Below, one piece after another: positions 26,718 to 36,495 of a stretch of 64,000 nucleotides of DNA. A program made the position numbers and the translations under genes. The stretch's first letter is position 1. Every line of letters begins with the position of its first letter. The notes beneath the pieces are model-generated. The model was given only the letters and a program-made list of their open reading frames with translations, did not search any database and was not told the DNA's origin. Source of the DNA: a virus; IMG/VR virus record IMGVR_UViG_3300009130_000013, positions 1-64,000 of that record. One strand, 5' to 3'.

Positions 26718-28024
26718 ACCAACCATGGGAAGTAATACAAAAATTAGGATCTGATAATAGCAGACTGTTTAAAGAATCTGTTATATTAGATGAAATTAAC
26801 AATAAGAATCACATATTCTTTCATGGTAGTAAGTTAGCATTAGACAAACTTATTACTTTTGGTGTTAAACAAGTACCTGAAGCAAAAGCAGATGGTAAGG
26901 GTTTACCGTGGAGCGAATTTATAACTGAACTAGCAACACCTTTACAAAACAGAGAGTTAACAGGTCACGATGCTAGGGATAAAATTATTGAATTAATGGA
27001 AAGAGCTACAGTTGAACAATGGAACGACTGGTATAGACTTATTCTTATTAAAGATTTTAAATGTGGTACAAGTGAAAAGACTATAAACAATGTTGCCAAG
27101 AAAGCAAAGGCAAAAGAGTATATGGTTCCTACATTTACTTGTCAATTAGCACACGATTCTGCTAACCACGAAAAGAAATTAGCAGGTACTAAACAAATTG
27201 AAATTAAACTTGATGGTGTAAGAGTTATTACTATTGTTAAGAAAGATTCAGTTGAAATGTTTAGTAGAAATGGTAAGCAGTTTACTAACTTCGATCATAT
27301 ATGTGAGGAAATTAAAGCAGTAGCAAACTTTGATGAAGACATGGTATTAGATGGTGAAGTTATGAGTGAAAACTTTCAAGATTTAATGAAACAAGTTCAC
27401 AGAAAGAGTTCAGCAGGGGCAGTTGATGCCGTGCTGTACTTGTTTGACCTAATTCCATTAGCAAACTTCAAGAAAGGTTTGTGGGATAAACCTCAAAACA
27501 AAAGAAGTGAAAGTGTGAAGGTCTGGGTCGAAGCAAATAGCCAAGCACTTCCACACGTTAGAGGTTTAGAGTGGGAAGATGTTGACCTCGACTCCCCACA
27601 AGGTCAAGCAAGGTTTAAAGATATTAACAAGAAAGCAGTTGAAGGTGGTTACGAAGGTGTAATGATTAAAGACATTGAAGCTGGTTATACTTGTAAAAGA
27701 AGTCACAGTTGGTTAAAGATGAAACCATTTATTGAAGTTTCATTAGAAGTAAAAGCAACAGAAGAAGGCACAGGTAAAAACGAAGGTAAATTAGGTGCTT
27801 TGGTTTGCGAAGGAACTGACGATGGTAAAGATATTAAAGTTAATGTTGGTAGTGGTTTAACAGACGACCAAAGAGATAGTTTTTGGGCAGACAAAGAATC
27901 ACTAATTGGACAAATAGCAGAAGTAAGAGCAGATGCTGTTACACAAAACCAAGATGGAACTTACAGTTTAAGATTTCCAAGGTTCAAAACTTTTAGAGGT
28001 TTTGAGATAGGAGAAAAAATATAA
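26714..28024 (+). CDS. lig: ATP-dependent DNA ligase
   Basis: KLDGVR motif I, LDGEV, EGVMIK, WLKMKP, SLRFPRF. Confidence 0.95.
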   Translation: MNQPWEVIQKLGSDNSRLFKESVILDEINNKNHIFFHGSKLALDKLITFGVKQVPEAKADGKGLPWSEFITELATPLQNRELTGHDARDKIIELMERATVEQWNDWYRLILIKDFKCGTSEKTINNVAKKAKAKEYMVPTFTCQLAHDSANHEKKLAGTKQIEIKLDGVRVITIVKKDSVEMFSRNGKQFTNFDHICEEIKAVANFDEDMVLDGEVMSENFQDLMKQVHRKSSAGAVDAVLYLFDLIPLANFKKGLWDKPQNKRSESVKVWVEANSQALPHVRGLEWEDVDLDSPQGQARFKDINKKAVEGGYEGVMIKDIEAGYTCKRSHSWLKMKPFIEVSLEVKATEEGTGKNEGKLGALVCEGTDDGKDIKVNVGSGLTDDQRDSFWADKESLIGQIAEVRADAVTQNQDGTYSLRFPRFKTFRGFEIGEKI

Positions 28025-28150
28025 TGAATTTTGTGGGTGAAGGCCCTAACGACAGATGATGAACATAGCAGACGTGAAAATGATAATTCTAATCCGTCAT
28101 AAGGACTTTTGCTCGTGGCTAACACCTACAGAACAAATAAAGGAGGACAA

Positions 28151-28558
28151 ATGAGTGAAGCAGTAAAACAAGAATTTCCGCCAATCATAGACGGAACTTA
28201 CAAAAAAGATGATCCACATAAGGACATCGGTAAACAAAAATTCAGAGTTAGACAATACTATAACGCCTGGGTTGAATATGATGTAGTCGCAGAAACTAAA
28301 GACGAAGCCATAGATGCCGTAATAGATCACGGTGGTATTGAAAAAATAGAATGGCAAGAAGGTTATCATAAAGATGAGCCAGTTGAGGTTTATGCTAATG
28401 ACTATAATTATGTGGAACAAGATGACACAGTAAAAGTAGCAGAATGTGTTCCATATGAAGATTATGATTCAGACACAGGTAAACATTTTGACAACTATGA
28501 AGACCCTGAATGGACTTCAGATGATTATAGATGGAAGAAGGAAGAGGAGCCAGCTTAA
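28151..28558 (+). CDS. acidic hypothetical protein
   Basis: SD AGGAGG; D/E-rich. Confidence 0.7.
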   Translation: MSEAVKQEFPPIIDGTYKKDDPHKDIGKQKFRVRQYYNAWVEYDVVAETKDEAIDAVIDHGGIEKIEWQEGYHKDEPVEVYANDYNYVEQDDTVKVAECVPYEDYDSDTGKHFDNYEDPEWTSDDYRWKKEEEPA

Positions 28559-28755
28559 TGTCATTACCAAGTAGATTAGATATAAAAGGCCATTCAAAAG
28601 AAATGGCCTTGCTGGGCGAAAAATCAGCATTATTAGATGTACAAAATAGTGTTCAAAAAAGACTTATCAGAGTTAATAAAAAACTACAAGATATAGAACA
28701 TAAAAGAACAGTCAATTTATTAAAGGAATCTGGGACGAATGCTAACACTAAATGA
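28558..28755 (+). CDS. hypothetical protein
   Basis: TAATG coupling. Confidence 0.55.
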   Translation: MSLPSRLDIKGHSKEMALLGEKSALLDVQNSVQKRLIRVNKKLQDIEHKRTVNLLKESGTNANTK

Positions 28756-29128
28756 TATAGGCGGAGAATTAGTTAAAAAAGATCATAGATATGAGGTCAA
28801 AGATAATAATACTCTTAAGAATCTAGTAGTAAGTTCTACAAAGATGAGGCCTAATAAAGAAACTAATGGACATAAGCACGAAGGACAAGAAGAAGTGTAT
28901 ATGTTTATTGAAGGTAACGGATATATGACTTTAGATGATGATAGATTTATGGTCCAAAAGGGCGATATGGTTTTAATCAAAGATGGAGTATTCCATAAAG
29001 TTGAATCTGGACCTGGAGGAATTTACTTTGTATGTGTGTTTGATGGCGGGCGACACACAGAAGAAGATCTAAAGCAAAAAGAAGAAGCCAATAAAATAAT
29101 AGATATGTACGCCAAGAAAGGAACATAA
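28739..29128 (+). CDS. cupin-domain protein
   Basis: GHKHEGQEEVY..G.G; GDMVLI..GVFH. Confidence 0.85.
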   Translation: MLTLNDIGGELVKKDHRYEVKDNNTLKNLVVSSTKMRPNKETNGHKHEGQEEVYMFIEGNGYMTLDDDRFMVQKGDMVLIKDGVFHKVESGPGGIYFVCVFDGGRHTEEDLKQKEEANKIIDMYAKKGT

Positions 29129-29271
29129 TGATTGACACAATCAATAGATGGGCTGGCGAATGTATAATTCATTGTGGCAGAGAGCTTACAGACTTCGAAA
29201 TATACGGAATTATGCTGATTTCATTGCCATTTGTCCTATTTTTTCTTACAAAAGACTAAAAAAGCCAACAA

Positions 29272-29329
29272 ATTCAATGATTTAAAAGCACAAATACTGG
29301 TTGACAGATTGGATATTTGGTGCTATTAT
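29272..29329 (+). promoter_or_regulatory. early promoter with IHF-like site one helical turn closer (copy 3)
   Basis: ATTCAAtgatTTA 29272-29284; TTGACA 29301; 17 bp; TATTAT. Confidence 0.75.
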
Positions 29330-29364
29330 AATAGTATAGTTAATAATAAAGTTAAGGAGTAAAA

Positions 29365-29703
29365 ATGTTAGAACAAGCAATTAAAACACTACAACAAGCA
29401 ATCAAACAAGACTACATCGATTGGTCTACTTCATATGGGAAGAAACCATTAACTGGTTATTCTAAAGAGCAGGTAGATAATTTCGATGATAATATGTCTG
29501 TTAAAGACGGTAAGAAATATATCAAAATTATCAGAGATAGAAGTGTTTGGGGTTTCATAGTTAAGGAAGACTTTAAACATTTTAGAAAAGGTGATATTTT
29601 AAAGGCGGCAGGTTATAATGCTCCAGCATTAAATCAAGCCAGAGGTAACATCTTAGATGGTGGTTATACAATCCAATGGACTGGACCACTTTACTTAAAA
29701 TAG
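29365..29703 (+). CDS. conserved phage early protein
   Basis: GKKYIKI..SVWGFI..KGDILKAAGYNAPALNQARGNI...WTGPLYL motif common in large myoviruses. Confidence 0.75.
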   Translation: MLEQAIKTLQQAIKQDYIDWSTSYGKKPLTGYSKEQVDNFDDNMSVKDGKKYIKIIRDRSVWGFIVKEDFKHFRKGDILKAAGYNAPALNQARGNILDGGYTIQWTGPLYLK

Positions 29704-29711
29704 GAGGAACA

Positions 29712-29969
29712 ATGGGATTAGAAAAGAAAGTATTAAATTCAATCAAGACTACATTTGAGTCAAAAGGTTTAACAAAACCTATGGCTTGGTTTGAGTATGG
29801 TACTCTTTGGGCTGACACAGAAAATCCGATGGCTGTTGCTCTAATAAAAGATTCAATTGAAAATGTTATTGTACCAGCAACTGGTGACCCAGATAATTTT
29901 GGAGTCAAAGTAACAAAATTTAAACCAACAAAAAGGGAGCCTTGGACACATTGGGCTTTTGATTTCTAA
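29712..29969 (+). CDS. hypothetical protein
   Basis: SD AGGAGG. Confidence 0.7.
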   Translation: MGLEKKVLNSIKTTFESKGLTKPMAWFEYGTLWADTENPMAVALIKDSIENVIVPATGDPDNFGVKVTKFKPTKREPWTHWAFDF

Positions 29970-29971
29970 AA

Positions 29972-30475
29972 ATGGATAGATTCTTTATTGGCGATACCCA
30001 TTTTGGGCATGACGCCGTATACACATTTACACATCCTGACGGAACAAGGGTTAGAGATATAGCAGATAACTCTGAGGAGGGCGATGCTATTATGGTTGAC
30101 CGTTGGAATAAGGTTGTGAAACCAAACGACAGAGTTTATCATTTAGGTGACGTAGCATTTCCTAGAAGGAAATTGGCATTACTTGATCAACTAAATGGAA
30201 ATAAGATTCTTATAAAAGGCAATCATGATATGTTTGATCTAAAAGATTACATGAAATACTTTAAAGATATCAGAGGAGCATTTGAACTTTATAAGATGAT
30301 ATTAACACATATACCTGTACATCCTGACCAGCTTTATAGGTTTGATGCTAATATCCACGGTCATATACACGATACCACGATGGGAGATCGTAGGTACGTC
30401 AACGTTTCGGTAGAGCAGATAAACTATACGCCTATCACTCTAGACGAAGTTCTCTATAGGAGGGGAAATGAATAA
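29972..30475 (+). CDS. calcineurin-like metallophosphoesterase
   Basis: DTHFGH, LGD, GNHD, THIP, HGHIH. Confidence 0.92.
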   Translation: MDRFFIGDTHFGHDAVYTFTHPDGTRVRDIADNSEEGDAIMVDRWNKVVKPNDRVYHLGDVAFPRRKLALLDQLNGNKILIKGNHDMFDLKDYMKYFKDIRGAFELYKMILTHIPVHPDQLYRFDANIHGHIHDTTMGDRRYVNVSVEQINYTPITLDEVLYRRGNE

Positions 30476-31010
30476 GAAACTATTTTTAATATTAACTTTT
30501 GCTGTAGTATGTTGGGCACTATTTTTTACTAGTTCAACAAAGGCAGAAGACAGGGGTCCTGGAGCCATTTTAATAGAATTTGGTCCAAGTGGATATGGTG
30601 ATATAGATAAAGGACCTACACTAAAAGGATTCGGTGGAGCATTTTTTGATGCTTTAGACGGTAAAGTACCTGACGACAAAGGTCCACTTTTAGATAAAAG
30701 TATGGGACTATGGGATAAAATTTATACAGATTTATTCTATCATGGATTTAGATGGGACTGGCATATTGAATTATGTGCTAGTAATAGAGCATTAGATTCT
30801 ATTAATGGCGAAGGATCATTTGATAAAAGACTTAAAGCATCTGTAGAAGCAGGTGGTATGCCTTGTCCAACAGGCGGCCCAAATCATCCAAGCTGGGCAT
30901 ATGATTGGAAAGGTCATATTGATGAACACTGGTTAAAGATTAGTGAACATAAAAAACCAATGGGGCGAATGGGAATACCTACAGCGCCTTGTTGTATGAT
31001 AAGAGGATAA
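30468..31010 (+). CDS. exported hypothetical protein
   Basis: N-terminal signal peptide. Confidence 0.6.
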   Translation: MNKKLFLILTFAVVCWALFFTSSTKAEDRGPGAILIEFGPSGYGDIDKGPTLKGFGGAFFDALDGKVPDDKGPLLDKSMGLWDKIYTDLFYHGFRWDWHIELCASNRALDSINGEGSFDKRLKASVEAGGMPCPTGGPNHPSWAYDWKGHIDEHWLKISEHKKPMGRMGIPTAPCCMIRG

Positions 31011-31011
31011 T

Positions 31012-32376
31012 GTGAGACCAAATAGAGGATTATTTCAACTTGTTACACTAACTTTGTTATGTCTAATGATATACAGTTATGCCAATGCGAGTGAATGGCC
31101 TAGTGGTAAGACCTGGGCTTATAATTGTGCTAAAACTGGCGACTGTAATATAATAATTGATGATATAGAGAAAGAACCTAAGTTGTTTATAGGTAAAAGT
31201 GTATTCAACAATAAGAACAGAGTTATTAATATTGCTGACAAAGATAACAAATTCTCACTATCAAATTACAATGGTAAGATGGTAGGAGTATGGGGAGAAA
31301 ACTGGACATCTCGTAAAGCCATACTTGGTGAATGTCGTAAAAAACAAACAAACTATGCTCAAAATGGCAACTGTAATGAAATGTCATGGAGTGGAGAATA
31401 TGATAGTATACTTTATGCTCCTTCACCTGACGATGGCAATGAAATTTTTCTTAATAAGCAATTTAAAAATAAAATTATGGATGGTGGTGATATAAAACCA
31501 TGGAGACATACATATGATATCGCTTACTTAATACAAGCAGGTAAATTTAAATCATTAAAAATAGGTTTGGTTAAAGGAGCAGAAGGTAAATGGTTAAAAG
31601 AATTACAAGCAGATACCTACATCTATAAAAGTGGGTCATATAAAGACTACCAAGCATATAGTAGTTCCTTGAATGTCTTTTACCCTACAATTTTTTCTTT
31701 GTTAGAAGCACATATTATACTACAACGAAAAGGGTTATACACTGAAGAAGAATTTAATCTAGTACACAAATGGCTAGAAAAAAGAGTGTGGGCATTAGAA
31801 CAAGGTCCTTTAGATGGATTAGTATCAAGTGCCTGGGGCTGGAAACATTTCTTTGAACCTGCTAACCATGAGTCAATTAATAAAAGATTGGCTTATATGT
31901 TATGGGGTATTGCTGACCAAAATGATTATTATTTTAAAGCAAGTATGAATGGGTTTGAAGATGTCTATAGTACTATGAGAGAAAATGGTACATTTAAAAA
32001 CGAGCACAAAAAAGGTAACGGAGCAAACTATGGAATTTCTTCAGGTAATAAATTGGGTCAAGCAATGGTCTATATGGCAATTATACTACATAATCAAGGA
32101 TTTGATATTAAATTAAAATATCCTAAGATTGAAAAATTTGTTGAATGGGCAATTAAAAGTTATAATGATCCTAAGAAAACAGGATACACATCAGGCGGTA
32201 ATAGTAACTTAAGATTTTTAGGTGAAGACCCCCAAAAAGACAATACATTAGCATATTTGATTTTATTTGATAAAGTATTTGGAACAAATCATTTAAATAA
32301 TAAAGACATATTTGATAATGGCAGAGCTTATATACCACTTGGTATTTCAGATGCCAATAAAATTAGAATAAAATAA
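31012..32376 (+). CDS. exported protein with alginate-lyase-like helical C-terminal domain
   Basis: Signal peptide; HKWL..ANH..A.MLWGIA...ENGTF..E pattern resembles the (alpha/alpha) alginate lyase family. Confidence 0.5.
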   Translation: MRPNRGLFQLVTLTLLCLMIYSYANASEWPSGKTWAYNCAKTGDCNIIIDDIEKEPKLFIGKSVFNNKNRVINIADKDNKFSLSNYNGKMVGVWGENWTSRKAILGECRKKQTNYAQNGNCNEMSWSGEYDSILYAPSPDDGNEIFLNKQFKNKIMDGGDIKPWRHTYDIAYLIQAGKFKSLKIGLVKGAEGKWLKELQADTYIYKSGSYKDYQAYSSSLNVFYPTIFSLLEAHIILQRKGLYTEEEFNLVHKWLEKRVWALEQGPLDGLVSSAWGWKHFFEPANHESINKRLAYMLWGIADQNDYYFKASMNGFEDVYSTMRENGTFKNEHKKGNGANYGISSGNKLGQAMVYMAIILHNQGFDIKLKYPKIEKFVEWAIKSYNDPKKTGYTSGGNSNLRFLGEDPQKDNTLAYLILFDKVFGTNHLNNKDIFDNGRAYIPLGISDANKIRIK

Positions 32377-32447
32377 TTGTCCAAAAAAGGTTGACAATAA
32401 TCTAAAAGATGTTATATTAATATAAACCATTAATGAAAGGCCGTTAA

Positions 32448-32642
32448 ATGTACCTAACGACAATCGACTACAAACACAAGAACAAAATAGAAACAACAGA
32501 AGCCTGGGAAGGCAATACATCAAAAGAAAGTATTGACAAAGCCATAAAATGTTGTGAGCGAGAAAACATTAAAGCAAATCAAATCCTTGCTATCGTTACA
32601 TTTGAAAAATGGATGCTAGGCAAGAAAGGAATTTTAGTATGA
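32448..32642 (+). CDS. hypothetical protein
   Basis: Follows TTGACA..TATATT promoter at 32391-32418. Confidence 0.55.
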   Translation: MYLTTIDYKHKNKIETTEAWEGNTSKESIDKAIKCCERENIKANQILAIVTFEKWMLGKKGILV

Positions 32643-32773
32643 TTAAACGATTATGGAATTGGGAAGTTAAAATAATTAAAGCAAACCCTGTTTTTTGGTG
32701 TTACTTTAGTTTTTTAAAAGGCTTAATAATCGGTATGTTAATAGTATGGTATTTTTAATATGAGGAGAATAAC

Positions 32774-33064
32774 GTGGCTTTTACACGAAAACAAAAAGAG
32801 CAGATGGAATCACTATTCCAGATTGCTGACAACAAGGATCTAGGAGACATTTCAGAGTTATATCAACTTCGTAGAACTTGGTTGAATAATAAAGCACGAA
32901 GAAGTTTTATTAAAGGCGAGAACGTTACATTTAATCACAACGGAAATACAATCAGAGCAATAATTAGAAAAATTAACCCTAAGACTATTGAAGTAGGGGT
33001 TACCACCGGGGGCCAAACTACTGTATGGAAAGTGGCTCCTACTTATCTTAACAAAGTAGCTTAA
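32774..33064 (+). CDS. small SH3/KOW-like protein; paralogue of 1050..1316
   Basis: SD GAGGAG; shared motif with 1050..1316. Confidence 0.7.
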   Translation: MAFTRKQKEQMESLFQIADNKDLGDISELYQLRRTWLNNKARRSFIKGENVTFNHNGNTIRAIIRKINPKTIEVGVTTGGQTTVWKVAPTYLNKVA

Positions 33065-33078
33065 ACGAGGATCAAGCA

Positions 33079-33294
33079 ATGGCTAAGAAAGAAGTAAAAT
33101 CTACTCAATATCGAGCAGAAGAAATGGACCTGGCGGCTTCACAGGCTGTATATGGTTTACAATTAAGTAAGGATAAGGCAATACGTTTTATTCTTCGCAG
33201 GGTAAAAGGAAGTGATGTTAAGCAGGCTCGTAAAGCTCTTCATTATGTTTGTACGAGTTACAAAACTGATGAACCAGATTATGGGTTCAAATAA
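33079..33294 (+). CDS. hypothetical protein
   Basis: SD GAGGA. Confidence 0.6.
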   Translation: MAKKEVKSTQYRAEEMDLAASQAVYGLQLSKDKAIRFILRRVKGSDVKQARKALHYVCTSYKTDEPDYGFK

Positions 33295-33501
33295 ATAATA
33301 TTGCTACTTTTTAAGCATTTGAAATATATCTTGACAAGTAGATGATAATTATAGTATAATATAACTATAATTTCGAATTGGAAAGACCATTAAAGTTCGC
33401 TATAATTTGTTATGTGGGCTGAACAGATCGAGAACGGCAGGAATGGTCACTTAAAGGACGGAGACTAGGGGGTCACTTTAGGAACTGATGAGTAACTGAC
33501 T

Positions 33502-33633
33502 ATGGGCAAAAGAGCAATACCAGGAATAATAGTAAAAAGAGGCCAGCCAAGACTTAGAAAGAATATGAGTCATGGAACGTTTCGTTGTAAAAGGCATCCT
33601 AATTCAAAGAGATGTCAGAGTGGGAAAGTATAA
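33502..33633 (+). CDS. small basic protein (43 aa)
   Basis: MGKRAIPGIIVKRGQPRLRKNMSHGTFRCKRHPNSKRCQSGKV; TAATG-coupled to the next ORF. Confidence 0.5.
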   Translation: MGKRAIPGIIVKRGQPRLRKNMSHGTFRCKRHPNSKRCQSGKV

Positions 33634-33815
33634 TGCCAACAGTAAGTGATTTCATGTATGGATGGAAAGCAGATGGAAATCCTAAACCAAATGAACACAA
33701 CAGAAAAGAAAGAAGAAAGGCGGCTAAGATAGCCTATAAGGTTTATAAGAAAACACAAAAGGCATTAAAGCAAAAGAACCAAGATGGCGTACAAAGTAAA
33801 GAGGCTAATTTGTAA
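33633..33815 (+). CDS. small basic hypothetical protein
   Basis: TAATG coupling. Confidence 0.5.
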   Translation: MPTVSDFMYGWKADGNPKPNEHNRKERRKAAKIAYKVYKKTQKALKQKNQDGVQSKEANL

Positions 33816-34015
33816 ATTACGAATGTGGTATGCTGAATTAAGAGGACACAAAGGAAAACGTTGGAACTACGAACCTTCAGAACATTATATGGGAAGAGGT
33901 AGACATGGAAAAATGTAAAAATTGTAATCACGACGCTCACTGTCCTGAAGTATGTTCAATGGAAGAATGTACTTGTAAAAAATGTAATTGTTCAGTATGT
34001 ACAAAAGAATAATAT

Positions 34016-34537
34016 ATGACAAATGATTTAAAATGGCACGAAAGATTAAGACTTAAAATAGTCCGAATATTACTGAGCATTATAGATCGTTTATTAAAAA
34101 GAAATCCAAACTCATTACAGAAATTTATTGAGCAGAAAAATGTTGCTATGGATTCAGCTTTAACAGAAGCTGTCAATAAAAAAATGGCAAGCGATATTGC
34201 CAAAGTATTAATACCACCAGTACCAGAACCTACTTTCGAAGAAACTAAACCTAATCTAGCTATTAGAGATATAGATTTTAATCTATCTAATGATGAAAAG
34301 GCTAGTGATGATTTAATAATGTTTTATGCTGAACTAGAAAATTTAATTGAAAAACATATGGTCGGTACTAGTGCTCTAGTTATCGCTGGACCTTTAATGG
34401 CCCATTCAATGAAAATATATCGTACTGTATTACCTCAAAATGAATACGATCAAATACTATATCATGTTTATAATACAAGAAACAAGATAGAACCAATAAT
34501 CCTACCAGATTCAAATTCTCCAAAAACAATACACTAA
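34016..34537 (+). CDS. hypothetical protein
   Basis: 173 aa ORF. Confidence 0.65.
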   Translation: MTNDLKWHERLRLKIVRILLSIIDRLLKRNPNSLQKFIEQKNVAMDSALTEAVNKKMASDIAKVLIPPVPEPTFEETKPNLAIRDIDFNLSNDEKASDDLIMFYAELENLIEKHMVGTSALVIAGPLMAHSMKIYRTVLPQNEYDQILYHVYNTRNKIEPIILPDSNSPKTIH

Positions 34538-34550
34538 TAAGTATTAGTAC

Positions 34551-35324
34551 ATGAACGAAAACCTAACAATTTACATTAGCCAACCTATGGAAAATAATAG
34601 CCGAACAGATAGGTTATTTGAGCATACCAAAAATAATTGTTATGAAATGTACCCAAGTGCTACGATTAATAGTTTCCCTACAGAGGATTCTCGTCAAAAA
34701 GATATCTGGAATTCAATATATTTTAATAGAGATAGCCTAGGTATTGTTTGTGTAATTTCAGCAGGACATATATTTTTAGAGCCTAACAAAACATTTGAAT
34801 TAGTATTAGAGCAAACCAAAGGTAAAACTTGGTGGGCTTTAGGCCATATGTTAGATCGTACAAACGAAGGAACATATCTGAGAATATTTAATAGTTGTTA
34901 CTTTGTAAATGTACCAGAGATTCGTTCAATCTTAAGCAAAAGAGAAAAAGGAGTATTTCCAGGCTATCGTCCTACTGGTGGAATAAAAGAACCATGGAAA
35001 AATTGGACAAGAAGTAAACAAAATCATCATGGAACCTATACTCCATTGTGGATTGAAAATGGAAAGGGTTATTACGAAGGACCCCCTTTAAAAGAACATT
35101 GTGGATCTGTAATGATACACGAAGGAATTAAAAGAAACATCAGATTTGAAAGTTTTAACCAGAAAATTAGAGATAGTAAAGAATTTGCCTATATGAATTG
35201 GGATGATTTTGGTACTATTGATTGGGAGAATATGATTGGATATTTGGACTCAAAAGTCATTCCAAACGGTGAAAATGACGATAATTATTGGTGGTTTTAC
35301 AGAGATTCCGAAATAAAATCATAA
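34551..35324 (+). CDS. hypothetical late protein, possibly glycosyltransferase-like
   Basis: TAAGTA 7 nt upstream; GHMLDR and CYFVN motifs; fold assignment tentative. Confidence 0.4.
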   Translation: MNENLTIYISQPMENNSRTDRLFEHTKNNCYEMYPSATINSFPTEDSRQKDIWNSIYFNRDSLGIVCVISAGHIFLEPNKTFELVLEQTKGKTWWALGHMLDRTNEGTYLRIFNSCYFVNVPEIRSILSKREKGVFPGYRPTGGIKEPWKNWTRSKQNHHGTYTPLWIENGKGYYEGPPLKEHCGSVMIHEGIKRNIRFESFNQKIRDSKEFAYMNWDDFGTIDWENMIGYLDSKVIPNGENDDNYWWFYRDSEIKS

Positions 35325-35335
35325 AAATCCAACAA

Positions 35336-35403
35336 AATCAACGACATATCTAGGTAAAAAAACCGTCTTTTTGGTTGACAGATTGGCCAAAAGGTGGTAT
35401 AAT
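35336..35403 (+). promoter_or_regulatory. early promoter with IHF-like site (copy 4)
   Basis: AATCAAcgacATA 35336-35348; TTGACA 35375; 17 bp; TATAAT. Confidence 0.8.
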
Positions 35404-35437
35404 AGTAGTTATATTAGTTAATTAAGGAAAGGAAAAT

Positions 35438-35809
35438 ATGTCAAATTGTTCAAAAAGCTGGATCAAAGAGAGTTTCAATTATCACGGCAAGTACTTAACA
35501 TATAAATTCGGTGGCGAAGATAAATTCGTTGGTCGTTTCAAATATGGTGGAATGGGTCATTTTAAAACCTTCCTGAAAAAGAATTTTACACCTGAAGAAT
35601 ACTTTAAAATGTATGATGAAGGTTTTACACCAGTAGGAATACTAGAAACAAAAGGTTATGTTTCTAAGAACTTACAGGAGTTCGCTAAACATTATGGGTT
35701 TGAACCTACTCAACGTGGAGTACAACAAGCTCTTAAATATGTTAGGGACGAAAAAGATCGTAAAGAAGACGCCCAGTTTTTAGGCGTTGAAGTGGAGGCG
35801 TTAGCATAA
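35438..35809 (+). CDS. hypothetical early protein
   Basis: First ORF after the promoter. Confidence 0.7.
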   Translation: MSNCSKSWIKESFNYHGKYLTYKFGGEDKFVGRFKYGGMGHFKTFLKKNFTPEEYFKMYDEGFTPVGILETKGYVSKNLQEFAKHYGFEPTQRGVQQALKYVRDEKDRKEDAQFLGVEVEALA

Positions 35810-36036
35810 TGACAATTAGAGCTAAAACTGAACCAACAGAAAGAATTATAGACTTAACAGGACCAGATGGTAATGCTTTTGTCTTAATGGGATATGCCCA
35901 AAACTTCGCAAAACAACTTGGCATGATATCAGGTGAAATTGAAATAATGCTAAATGAAATGAGGTCGGGCGATTATGAAAACCTGATTCAAGTATTTGAT
36001 AGATATTTTGGATCGTTTGTAGTATTGGAGAGGTAA
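35809..36036 (+). CDS. conserved phage hypothetical protein
   Basis: IDLTGPDGNAFVLMG...M.SGDYENL motif. Confidence 0.75.
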   Translation: MTIRAKTEPTERIIDLTGPDGNAFVLMGYAQNFAKQLGMISGEIEIMLNEMRSGDYENLIQVFDRYFGSFVVLER

Positions 36037-36269
36037 TGATAGATGTTATCACAGACATTGAAGTTTTAACAACGGCACTGGAGAACTTAAAGCCAACAGA
36101 TAAGAAAGGCAAAGCCAGTCGAGAAATGCTAGTAAACTTATTAAATAAAAAAGTAAGGATACTCGCAGACTTTGAAAGAACAGAGCCGTTAAAATGGGAG
36201 AAGGTTATAAACTCCCCAACGGCTCAAGAAGCATTTGAACCTGTAACTTTTAAGAAAGTAGGAACATGA
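36036..36269 (+). CDS. hypothetical protein
   Basis: SD GGAGAGG; TAATG coupling. Confidence 0.65.
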   Translation: MIDVITDIEVLTTALENLKPTDKKGKASREMLVNLLNKKVRILADFERTEPLKWEKVINSPTAQEAFEPVTFKKVGT

Positions 36270-36451
36270 ATACAAAATATTCAACAACACCTAGCACAGA
36301 AGACAGATTGCTTAATGTTAAAGTTTGGAAAAATATGAATAAAGACAACGCCTGGGTACAATTTATTAGTAAGATTTGGATCAGACGTTTAGCAAGAGAC
36401 CTTTCATTAGAAAAGGTTGGGTTAACTCATCACGATGGGTTATATAAATGA
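36266..36451 (+). CDS. hypothetical protein
   Basis: ATGA coupling. Confidence 0.55.
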   Translation: MNTKYSTTPSTEDRLLNVKVWKNMNKDNAWVQFISKIWIRRLARDLSLEKVGLTHHDGLYK

Positions 36452-36495
36452 ATTTGTTTGGGTACGCCAAACATTTAACTGAGGAAGGAGACAAA

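Noticed and set aside
33378-33465. Glycine-riboswitch-like fragments (GGAAAGAC...CAGG...AAAGGAC)
   Set aside because: The conserved CCGAAG and CUCUCAGG elements are missing.
33485-33492. CTGATGAG hammerhead-like core
   Set aside because: No correctly placed stem II, GAAA or NUH junction was found; the downstream sequence is a plausible coding ORF.
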